DNA from: Tubiluchus corallicola
Lineage: Eukaryota; Animalia; Priapulida
DNA: 64,000 nt
Direction of reading: 5' to 3'
NCBI GenBank assembly: GCA_030141605.1
Contig: JAQGDQ010000929.1
Span: 1 to 64,000, forward strand
The position numbers and the translations under genes are program-made. The notes under the pieces are model-generated. The model worked only from the letters and a program-made list of their open reading frames with translations. It had not been told where the DNA came from and made no database searches. Below, piece by piece: positions 12,301 to 22,900 of the stretch; within the stretch, counting starts at the first letter, position 1, and every line of letters begins with the position of its first letter.

Positions 12301-14360
12301 CGCTGAAGTACCCTGGCTTCCAGTGAAATTCATAACTCAGTAATATATTTTAGTTTTTACTTTTTAGGCACTAAATGAAATGTCACTAGATATGGTTACT
12401 GACTATAAGCCAACTCGTTTTCTCAGCGGATCTGGTACCCACTCACATGTAGTGCCAAGACGCACAACCAAAATTGGATTAACAGCATCATCCTACAAAC
12501 TGCAACGAATGTGAAATTCGTTGCCAATTCACATTTGATCTGAAACGTCTTTTACTTATTTCAGATATCATATTATTCTACAAATTTTTCGGCATCAATT
12601 TTGACATTTTCACTTTTACTTGTAACAGTTTGCCAATTTCAAGTTTCTTAGCTATAATATTTTACATGAATCTGTCACGTTTTATTAATAATTGCCAATT
12701 TTTGTTCATTGTGCAACATAAAGTTGTAGCAGGCTTTACATATTAAGAAGGTTAAAAACTTATTACAGCAGTTCCATATTTCTGTGCAATTAAGTTACAG
12801 CCACATCATTGAATACATTTCATAAAATATGTTTATATGTATTATTGACTTACCTATTACAGTCAATTTTGCTTCATATGAATCTTCCAGAATGTCAGGA
12901 TATTTGAAAAATTGACACACGTAGATTCCATCGTCTTCTGGCACTCCCACGGCATCAATTTTAATACTATGCAGGCCATTTATTACTGGATTCTCATACA
13001 TGTAAGATATTCGACCAGAGATATTAAGAAATTTCCCGTCTTTAAGCCATGTCACGTTATAGCTAAGAACAGGGACGAATGCCATATTAATTCTACATTC
13101 AAGTTCTGCTGTTGCACCTTGTAAAACTCCCAGGCTGGATGGCTGCATGTCAAAATATTCGCATCTGGCATCTGTAACTATAAATAGCAACAACACATGT
13201 TTTTGGCCGACTTTTTGTGAACTAGCGTATCATTTCTATTAAGTAAAAACAACAAAGACAAAAGCTTGATCCCTGATGTGTACCTACACTAGCTAGAACA
13301 GCCAACAATAGTACAAATATTCAGTGTTCAAAGCGACAGCCATCAAATAATTGTCACCCAAACTAAAAATTTTGGGTAACACAATTTTATCTTAGAACAC
13401 CAAACACCTTCCATAAATTGAGATACGATATGACAGCTAGTGTTGGGTTTTAAACTTGAGTATTCCAGCTATTAAAAAAATCTGTTTAAGGTGTTTTAAG
13501 CAAATAAAAATGTCAAAACTTGGTGGTAGATACGCCTTTCATAAAATTAGGAAAAACTATGGCAATCCAATGGTTAGTCAGAAATAGTTATTATTTAGGC
13601 ACACAACATAATAAAAAGCCTTTATATCTCTATAAGTAAACAATTTAAAATCTCGAATAATAATTTATCTGATTCTTTGCCAGTAAATGTCGGCGTTAAA
13701 CAGGGATGTGTATAGGGTCCAGTTTTGTTTAATTTGTTATTAAATGACATCACAAAGGTGCGACCCACCCATATTAAATCTCAATTACTTGCAGTTACTA
13801 TTGTGCGCCGACAAAATTGTTGTCTTAACTACTTCTCAGGAAGGCTTACAGATGGGTTAAATCAGTACCGTGACGACAAGTTGCTAAATAATTACATTGT
13901 ACAAAAGTATTTGTTTTCAACAAAGGAGCTTACAGATTATCAAAGTAAAACTTTACTTAGGCCATTATTTGATTACATGTTTGAATGACGTATCCATGAA
14001 ACATATATGCAAGAATCATATGACCAGTCTTTTTCACAAACACATCACTTTTCATTTCTCAAAAAACCATATGTGTTGATCTGAACATTACTTTTAAAAA
14101 CTATCGTACTTTAAAAGAAAACTGAGAAGTATTTAAATACCCCTATTTATTACGTATGTAAAAAGCAAGTATTACATATAATCCTTAAACAGCTAGAGTC
14201 AGCAACAGCTCTACTGTTATTCCATGCAATATCTTAATCTACAAATTCTAATGAGATTAATTATAAAATAAAAATTAGTTTTTCAAAGAAGATAACAGAA
14301 TATTCCCTTACCATTTACTGCAAATATCAGTAGAATGGCTACTTTCGCAGTGAGTGACAT
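214..14360 (-). CDS. Secreted Ig(V)-Ig(C2)-Ig(I)-gC1q protein, copy B (8 coding exons, ~451 aa)
   Basis: Exons 14360-14312, 13177(or 13171)-12854, 11144-11001, 9243-9049, 7128-6868, 5780-5670, 2886-2758 and 356-214. All introns are GT..AG and phase 1, all internal exons are multiples of 3, and the frame is open from ATG (MSLTAKVAILLIFAVN) to TAA. Ig Cys/Trp/DxGxYxC motifs and C1q motifs (FAFSV, TGKFTAP..GTYSF, L.LETGDEVYV, STFKGY) are present. Confidence 0.88.
525..590 (-). mobile_element. Degenerate tRNA-like (SINE head) relic; paralog at ~20088-20153
   Basis: The minus strand has an anticodon-arm-like tttgccttgcaagcaaa and a B-box-like gttcaaatcc, but no intact cloverleaf. Confidence 0.3.
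2758..2886 (-). CDS. Copy B exon 7: gC1q middle part
   Basis: GKFTAPISGTYSFELNLWAQRSSYGGVAELLHNGYNVAYPYHP; tttacag / gtaagc; 129 nt. Confidence 0.88.
5040..5142. repeat. Alternating purine-pyrimidine (CA/GT/GC) tract; shorter paralog at ~23830-23900
   Basis: cacacacacatgtgcgcgtgcgtgtgcacgtgcgcacgcatgcaca. Confidence 0.7.
5670..5780 (-). CDS. Copy B exon 6: gC1q N-terminal part
   Basis: TFAFSVYYPESHYGNTGVIIKFTESQINHGNVYSSST; catttcag / gtatgt; 111 nt; not in the ORF track. Confidence 0.87.
6868..7128 (-). CDS. Copy B exon 5: I-set Ig domain
   Basis: YKP...LKCEADANPPPTVTWK...DTGEYECLATNALGS; ttattag / gtaagt; 261 nt. Confidence 0.92.
9049..9243 (-). CDS. Copy B exon 4: C-half of C2 Ig domain
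   Basis: GEEDIT...TSTSTLRH...DNNKIIRCC...SLNVL; ttttag / gtaagt; 195 nt. Confidence 0.88.
9317..10035. repeat. 37-bp minisatellite (~19 copies) in intron 3 of copy B
   Basis: Unit tctgacagggctagaaaattcagctaaacattctaag; period 37 (9317, 9354...). Confidence 0.95.
11001..11144 (-). CDS. Copy B exon 3: N-half of CD80-like C2 Ig domain
   Basis: VEPQEVKM...FKCIIAEANPTPEIKWYLG; ttaacag / gtaagt; 144 nt. Confidence 0.88.
11331..11623. mobile_element. MITE/foldback-like element with long imperfect inverted arms
   Basis: atgatactagaattgccaagccacaaaaaatcattacagaatcaaaagagc (11331-) is the imperfect reverse complement of gctcttttgaccttgtagtggttttttgtgtcttggtaattttagagtcat (-11623). Confidence 0.65.
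12854..13177 (-). CDS. Copy B exon 2: V-set Ig domain
   Basis: GATAELEC...VTWLKDG...HSIKI..V..EDDGIYVC...AKLTV; acceptor tttatag (or the in-frame ttacag), donor gtaagt. Confidence 0.9.
14312..14360 (-). CDS. Copy B exon 1: signal peptide MSLTAKVAILLIFAVN
   Basis: ATG at 14360, hydrophobic core, G|gtaagg phase-1 donor. An upstream acceptor (tattttcag) implies a 5' UTR intron. Confidence 0.75.
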
Positions 14361-14682
14361 CTTACTTCTGGATCTGACGCCTGCTGAAAACTGAAAATAG
14401 TAATTTCAATTTATTTACTTCACTTCAATGGCACATAGTAGTAGCATACATTTTACATACACGTACATCATGATTCAATTTTAAGCTGTTTTAGTCTCAA
14501 AGTAAACAAATCACCTGTTTTTGCATCTTTATTTTAACTAACAAATAATAAACAGATAGCTAACATTAATTAATCAGCTAACATTTGCATAGAAATGAAC
14601 TGAAGTAGGTTTAGAACGTGGAGATAGATCTGATTCTTCTTGAACTGCTGGGTGGACTTTACTTTGCGTTCTTTTATATTGT

Positions 14683-15073
14683 GCGCACAGAATTGTGGGC
14701 ATGATTCGGATTTTGCACACAGGATTACTCTACTCTATTTTTAAGAAGTCTTAATATGGCCTTGGTGATCGGGTTTCGCGTTGAGCGCACAGAATTGTGG
14801 GCATGATTTGGATTTTGCACACAGGACTACTCTACTCTATTTTTAAGAAGTCTTAATATGGCCTTGGTGATCGGGTTTCGCGTTGAGCGCACAGAATTGT
14901 GGGCATGATTCGGATTTTGCACACAGGATTACTCTACTCTATTTTTAAGAAGTCTTAATATGGCCTTGGTGATCGGGTTTCGCGTTGAGCGCACAGAATT
15001 GTGGGCATGATTCGGATTTTGCACACAGGACTACTCTACTCTATTTTTAAGGAGTCTTAATTTGGCCTTGGTG
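14683..15073. repeat. 102-bp tandem repeat (~3.8 copies) upstream of copy B exon 1
   Basis: gcgcacagaattgtgggcatg... at 14683, 14785, 14887 and 14989. Confidence 0.95.
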
Positions 15074-15353
15074 AGCAAATTATGCAAACACTACTTAACA
15101 GATTTCCACGAAACTTTGTGTCTTTTCGGCATTTTTTTTGCAAAACTTAACCGAACACCACATACAAAAAATATTCATGAAGCACCTCATGGAGGTCTCA
15201 GAGGGCGTGTTTAGTACTTTTTTATATTTCCACCAGGACAAACAACTACGAATTTGTTCCAGATACCATTTTGAGAAATTCTTGCTTGGAAAACTGAGAA
15301 ATACTGTCTATAACCTTGGCTTATTAATGTGTATAAACTGGATTGATGTATAA

Positions 15354-15500
15354 ACTTGTCACTGGCTTCTTTGGATGAGTTGTCACTATGTTCTTGGAAT
15401 GGCTTATCACTGGCTTATTTATAAGGCTTGTTACTGGCTTCTTTGAAAGGCTTGTCACTGGCTTCTTTGAAAGGCTTGTTACTGGCTTCTTTGAATGGCT
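15354..15500. repeat. Degenerate 24-bp tandem repeat
   Basis: ggcttgtcactggcttctttgaaa-like units. Confidence 0.75.
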
Positions 15501-17330
15501 GCATCTTGTTTCAAGTATGTGGGGGATATGTTGACATCTTTGACATAACTATCATTTTTTCAGTCGGGAATGTTAGCTTCTGGAAAATCTGCGTTAAAAA
15601 TATGCCAACGTACTGAAACAGCAAGTTAGTTTTGTGTAGCATTGGAGGGCACTAATAATGTTTGTTCTGCCCCTGGTCAGTGGTCAGAGAATAAATGAGA
15701 TTGTCCAGCATATAAGAATCATTGATTAGTTTGCTAAGCTGCTCAATTAGTTACTTTTCAAAGGTTTCATCTTTTTTCTATCCACAGGAAAACTGCAAAT
15801 GACCAAAACTTTGTTTACTACTTTCCAATTGTCAGCTATTTAGTATCAAATTCTGACTAGTACACCATCTTGTATCAGTTTCTCCACATGATAGTTGTAC
15901 AGAGGCCATTTTCAGCGTCCTTTGCACAGAGGCGTGGCAGAGGTAGGGGGCAGGGGGCAATCATCCCTGGAAGCTAAATTTTCAGGCAGCTTTTAAACTG
16001 CAAGAATAAAATGCATGACAGTTAAATACGTTCTAGGCGTTCATTGTAGGGTAAAATAATCGTTTTATCATAAAATTATTGTGAGTTACAGAAACGTAAT
16101 AAATGAGTATTTCAAATTCACGTTAATGTAACAGCCTCGTGTCTTCAAACATTCTCAACTCTTGGCTACGTCTCATGATTTTCTTTGTTTATTGTACAAC
16201 TTGCATCTTACTGCAGACAAGATCAAGCTAAATAATCATGTTATGCTTCAGTAGTTGTTCCATGTTGAATTTTAACAGTTTAACATACAAATAGCAAGGC
16301 GTTAGGTTGTTGCTGTGAAAGTTTCGTCTGATGGACTCGCACAATCATACAGTGTAAAAACAAGTGAACTGCCAATGTGGCAAACTCGAAGATTTCTTTA
16401 ATTTGATATGTTATCGATTTCTTTTTTAGTAATATAACACATGTTTAGCAATGCTAACACAATTCTTTGCTATGAGAGCTCAAATGGCAGTAATCTTGAT
16501 TGATCTTAATTCATACTGATGTGTGCATTTCATATGTAAATTTGTTTTGCTTGTTGGTACCTTACATCTGTACAAATATCACAGTTTTTATGTAACCTTA
16601 ACTATCAGTCTCATTCGTTATGTCATCTGCATTTCAGCATAATGGAAAATTAACACACTAAAGGTATATAAGTGTATTTTTCATTTTCAAAATTTAATTT
16701 CAAAATTTTCAAAGACCACATATTTGAATTCGCTGAATGCAATCAGCATGTTTTTGTTGCATTTTCACTTTCATTCATAAAACTGATTTAAGGATTTTAT
16801 ATGCAATTTTAAGTTTAAAACTGAACTGGGGGGATGTATAATTCGAAGACTGATGCAGCTGACGGTGCCTCGATTAGTTTTAAGATTTTGTCAATTGCAT
16901 TACTATTATTGGTTTTCTAAGACGTGCGAGGGTGCTTGGCAGTACTCCTTTCATTTTTTTGTATAATATAATCATATAGATAAATTCTGATTAAAAGGAT
17001 TGCAGTTGCAATTGCAAATCATTCAAGGTGATTTGAGTAAAAATGATTTCGCGCATCAATCACAATTTTTCAGGATTATATTTTCACATTGTTTAAAGTT
17101 AATTTTCATATAAATTTTATTTTAGTTTAAAGAGTAACAAATAAATCACAAATAAGATCAAAATAAGCTGTGAGACTTTCTTAAATTTTTACTCTCAAAG
17201 AAATTAACAAAATTAAAAGTGGTCGCTTTTGCTTATTCCATTTTTAGTAAAAAAACAACAACAAAAAATGATGCTACACTGTAGCAGCTACAGGTATGGT
17301 TGAGCAAATTTTGTAGCTCCTCTTCATCTG

Positions 17331-19530
17331 AGCATCAACCCACAGGTCCTTCCTGTGGCCTCCAGTTACTTGTTTCATTTGATTCGTCCAGCATCAACCC
17401 ACAGGTCCTTCCTGTGGCCTCCAGTTACTTGTTTCATTTGATTCGTCCAGCATCAACCCACAGGTCCTTCCTGTGGCCTCCAGTTACTTGTTTCATTTGA
17501 TTCGTCCAGCATCAACCCACAGGTCCTTCCTGTGGCCTCCAGTTACTTGTTTCATTTGATTCGTTCAGCATCAACACACAGGTCCTTCCTGTGGCCTCCA
17601 GTTACTTGTTTCATTTGATTCGTCCAGCATCAACCCACAGGTCCTTCCTGTGGCCTCCAGTTACTTGTTTCATTTGATTCGTCCAGCATCAACCCACAGG
17701 TCTTTCCTGTGGCCTCCAGTTACTTGTTTCATTTGATTCGTTCAGCATCAACACACAGGTCCATCCTGTGGCCTCCAGTTACTTGTTTCATTTGATTCGT
17801 CCAGCATCAACCCACAGGTCCTTCCTGTGGCCTCCAGTTACTTGTTTCATTTGATTCGTCCAGCATCAACACACAGGTCCTTCCTGTGGCCTCCAGTTAC
17901 TTGTTTCATTTGATTCGTCCAGCATCAACACACAGGTCCTTCCTGTGGCCTCCAGTTACTTGTTTCATTTGATTCGTCCAGCATCAACCCACAGGTCCTT
18001 CCTGTGGCCTCCAGTTACTTGTTTCATTTGATTCGTTCAGCATCAACACACAGGTCCTTCCTGTGGCCTCCAGTTACTTGTTTCATTTGATTCGTCCAGC
18101 ATCAACCCACAGGTCCTTCCTGTGGCCTCCAGTTACTTGTTTCATTTGATTCGTCCAGCATCAACCCACAGGTCCTTCCTGTGGCCTCCAGTTACTTGTT
18201 TCATTTGATTCGTCCAGCATCAACCCACAGGTCCTTCCTGTGGCCTCCAGTTACTTGTTTCATTTGATTCGTCCAGCATCAACCCACAGGTCCTTCCTGT
18301 GGCCTCCAGTTACTTGTTTCATTTGATTCGTTCAGCATCAACCCACAGGTCCTTCCTGTGGCCTCCAGTTACTTGTTTCATTTGATTCGTTCAGCATCAA
18401 CACACAGGTCCTTCCTGTGGCCTCCAGTTACTTGTTTCATTTGATTCGTCCAGCATCAACCCACAGGTCCTTCCTGTGGCCTCCAGTTACTTGTTTCATT
18501 TGATTCGTCCAGCATCAACACACAGGTCCTTCCTGTGGCCTCCAGCTACTTGTTTCATTTGATTCGTTCAGCATCAACCCACAGGTCCTTCCTGTGGCCT
18601 CCAGTTACTTGTTTCATTTGATTCGTCCAGCATCAACCCACAGGTCCATCCTGTGGCCTCCAGTTACTTGTTTCATTTGATTCGTTCAGCATCAACACAC
18701 AGGTCCATCCTGTGGCCTCCAGTTACTTGTTTCATTTGATTCGTCCAGCATCAACCCACAGGTCCTTCCTGTGGCCTCCAGCTACTTGTTTCATTTGATT
18801 CGTCCAGCATCAACCCACAGGTCCTTCCTGTGGCCTCCAGTTACTTGTTTCATTTGATTCGTCCAGCATCAACCCACAGGTCCTTCCTGTGGCCTCCAGT
18901 TACTTGTTTCATTTGATTCGTCGAGCATCAACCCACAGGTCCTTCCTGTGGCCTCCAGTTACTTGTTTCATTTGATTCGTCCAGCATCAACACACAGGTC
19001 CTTCCTGTGGCCTCCAGTTACTTGTTTCATTTGATTCGTCGAGCATCAACCCACAGGTCCTTCCTGTGGCCTCCAGTTACTTGTTTCATTTGATTCGTCC
19101 AGCATCAACACACAGGTCCTTCCTGTGGCCTCCAGTTACTTGTTTCATTTGATTCGTCCAGCATCAACACACAGGTCCTTCCTGTGGCCTCCAGTTACTT
19201 GTTTCATTTGATTCGTTCAGCATCAACACACAGGTCTTTCCTGTGGCCTCCAGTTACTTGTTTCATTTGATTCGTCCAGCATCAACCCACAGGTCTTAAC
19301 TGTGGCCTCCAGTTACTTGTTTCATTTGATTCGTTCAGCATCAACCCACAGGTCCTTCCTGTGGCCTCCAGTTACTTGTTTCATTTGATTCGTTCAGCAT
19401 CAACCCACAGGTCCTTCCTGTGGCCTCCAGTTACTTGTTTCATTTGATTCGTCTCAGCATCAACCCACAGGTCCTTCCTGTGGCCTCCAGTTACTTGTTT
19501 CATTTGATTCGTCCAGCATCAACACACAGG
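17331..19530. repeat. 59-bp satellite array (~37 copies) between the two Ig-C1q paralogs
   Basis: Unit agcatcaacccacaggtccttcctgtggcctccagttacttgtttcatttgattcgtcc; internal hairpin ccacagg-tcctt-cctgtgg. Confidence 0.97.
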
Positions 19531-19581
19531 TACACATATTATACAATCCACGTATTATTTAGGAAAACTACAAACAAAGTA

Positions 19582-19587
19582 TTTATT
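19582..19587 (-). terminator. Candidate polyadenylation signal (AATAAA) of copy A
   Basis: tttatt on the plus strand, about 180 nt downstream of the stop codon and just before the 59-bp satellite. Confidence 0.45.
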
Positions 19588-19768
19588 CCCATGAACATTT
19601 TATGAACATATCTAAAAATTAGCATAAATAATTAGCATAGAATTTTCGGCACATGCTACGTCAAAAGGTGATTTTCGGTGCCTGTGGCCCTTCTGACCCA
19701 AACCATCACAATGTACGTTGTTGTTGGCTAAATGTTGTTTGTGATTAAGTCCAAGTTGGTAAAAAACC

Positions 19769-19917
19769 CTAGCCAATCATATATCCATTGAAATTGCTGG
19801 AAGAAGTTCTGTAAATGGTGGCAACGTCATCGTCATTATAATATGTGACATAAACTTCGTCACCCATTTCTAGACGAAGAATAACAGAGTTTGATATCGT
19901 ATGCGTGCAATCATCAC
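19769..19917 (-). CDS. Copy A exon 8: gC1q C-terminal part and stop
   Basis: GDDCTHTISNSVILRLEMGDEVYVTYYNDDDVATIYRTSSSNFNGYMIG*; TAG at 19771-19769. Confidence 0.88.
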
Positions 19918-22900
19918 CTGCAATAAAATAATATTATTTTTAAGCACAACTGTTGAACAGAGAGTGAGTAATATTCACATGAATACACCAGTTAATTTTA
20001 ATGTTAGGATTATTCATTACTTTGCAAACCCAAAATTTATAAAATTTAGATACCAAACTTGAAAAATAGGAAATACGAAAAAGTTATATGCAGCATGGAT
20101 TTGAACTAGCACCCTTTTGCTTGCAAGGCAAACGCTCAGCACCACATTCCCTGGTGATCATGGTTATCTAGTATAGCTGACTAACTGAACTAGTACTTCT
20201 AAAGTTAAAGCACTCAACCTAGACAGACTGATTTTAAGTAATTTGATTATTTTTTGTTTAATTTGATCAATTCTAATTCCGAATCTGAAAATTCCACATA
20301 GTCTTCACCTCCTGACCTTACACTGCTTGTACTGTGACCTAAGATGTCCATTCCTAAATGATATGACTTCCTACGACCATCGACACTAAAAGCAAAACCG
20401 GACTGAATCTTAAACTGTAGGTCAAAATAATTTACTTTTTAGAATATTGAAAGAAGGCTTACTATTTTTTCCAAAAATGACTTACGTGAAAGAATTATTA
20501 CCACACAGGTATTTTGTTATATGCTAGATATGTTAGTTTGTGACGAACTTCATACATTCGACAGCTCATGCGTGAGAATTTTTATCATATAACTTGCCTA
20601 GTTTTAGTAAAACACACTGAATATCTAACAGCAGCACTGTACTTCAATTTTCGCCTGGATCCCAGGAAATAAACAAAGCAAATGATATTTGATTGGTAGG
20701 TAGGCTGCCAGGTAGCCCAAAGTTCTCCTCTTGCCCAAAAATGGCTAAAATAAATTGGCCCTGCTAGAGTTAGCTCGAAGATGAGGGAGCCAATTACAAA
20801 TTTGCGGAAGTCTCTGCCATCTCCTGTCTGGGCTGACCAATTTGAGAGAAATCAGTAGACAATGTTACCTGAGCAATCAGTTTTACCTGCATTCACCTAC
20901 CTGATATCACAACCGATGACAACCTCGACGAATCACTTTTAATGTCATTTCTGTTGTGAAACTGAAAAACGTACTTACCACCTTAAACAGCATTCCTCCT
21001 TCGATTCCTGTTGGCAGCAGTTTTTACTCAGTGAAATTACTTCAGCTGTGTAATGTCATTTAAAGAACATTAATTTACTATGGCTTTGTCTGTTCTAACG
21101 AGCAAGAGTCACTACCTAATAGCACGAATGATTTCAGTGATACTTCTTCATAGCTCTATGTTGTAAATATTTGTAAAATTTCATGATGATGCTCACAAGC
21201 TTGATTTTCCAGACCTGCTTCAATTTGCAGATCTCGAGTGAAGATCTTGAGTAAAGACACAAAATTCGCGGAAACAAAACTTCGTTTTCTACAGCTTGTT
21301 TTTGTACTGAGATGATTTGTTGTTTGTTTTTGCACTTTTTTAATAATTGCTAATTGGTAAATTTATAATGTGTACATGCCAGCATTTCATCACAGCATTG
21401 AGCATTAGCTTAGTGGTGTACCGACTTCTGTATTGCTAATTATCTTTTTTAAGTTTTGATAAATGAAGTAATTTGCATTTAATCGTTGAAATGATGATAA
21501 ACACAGTATGATGATGATGTTTATTGTACAGGTTCCGGGCTCTGCTCACTCCCTTGTTCTTCTTTAGGCTGTATGGTTATTTTATCGAGTAATTGATTCT
21601 TTTACCTTATCTGTGGCTGTAACCTTTTGTTGCTCAGGTAATAAACAGATTAACATTTTATGTTTCAGCTTTTCACTTCGGCTACCAGCAGTCAACTTAC
21701 CGACCTCTGCCCGCTTTTCAAATGTAAATTTTGGCCTTGGCTTCTTATTTCAGTAAACTTTCTACTTATAATTTAGCTTACACCTGTAGAATGTACCTGC
21801 TATTTTATTGCATTAGAAATTCTGAGTATAAAATTTTTCAGAAACATAACGAGAAGTTTCAGTGACTTGTGGCAGACATTTTATCCTCTGCTGAACGATA
21901 GTCTTACACAGTTGGAATTGAAACTTGCATGCTGGCAAACATTCCACTGAAGTCTTGCCAGTTAGTTGTACCACTGGAATCGTTAGCTGTTGCCTAAGGC
22001 TGAACAATTAAGCCTACAGATGGGACTGGTTGCAGCCCGTATTTTTCTGTATTAACTTAAAATGCTCTTGCTCCACAAATAAATAAATAAATCTCTCTTT
22101 ACAGCACTTTAGGTTCGCAAAATCGTAATTAAGGGTGCACCAATAAAACCTGCCAATAAAGTAAAACTTAAACGAATCAATATTTCATCTAAAGTCAACC
22201 GACTAAAAGAAAATCTTTAACTCTACTAAATAATTTTGTAGCCTCGTGCACAGACTAATGATATTTAAAATTATGCAACAAAAACTGTTATCTTCCTTTT
22301 GCGCTGCATTTGAAAATCTTGTTGTCACGTTGCAGAAGGCATGATTCAACTTTCCTTTATTGTGTTAACTCCATTCAAAGTGGGAGCTTTGATTTTAAAG
22401 GGAGGGGGGCGGAGCTTTTGCCCTATTATGTGTTTAAACTTTCATTCACTAAAGGACACAGAACATGTTACGTGAATGTTATTTTAAAGACTCTTCAAAA
22501 TAAAAACATCTATAAATCGAAATTCAATCATCTTACCTGAACAAAATTCACAAATCCTACCTTGTGATTGGCTGAAATTTAAATACTCACCTATTTCACC
22601 TGTGCAAAATCTATAAAAACAAGTGCCGCATTCTTATTCCTTGAGTTCAGGGGTTACTGGTACTAGTTTGAGTGCCAAACAGGACAAGCCTGATCCCTTC
22701 ATGATCCTGTCTCCTAACTGCTTGGGTGCTGCCAATATGAAGTAACCCCTCAAGGGTAGATTCTTTTTTATGTTTTGTGTTTAGCCAGCTAGTTGTTCAT
22801 TCCAATTACAAAAATTCTTTCTTACATTAACATTTTAATTTTACAAAATCACTAAATTAGTCAAGATTATGGGCTTATGCCACTCATTCAATGCTAATTA

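Noticed and set aside
17331-19530. CRISPR-like array (hairpin repeat) or hammerhead-ribozyme satellite
   Set aside because: Units are head-to-tail with no unique spacers, no cas genes are present and the context is eukaryotic. The minus strand has ttgatgc...gaaac, not the CUGANGA core with a stem II.
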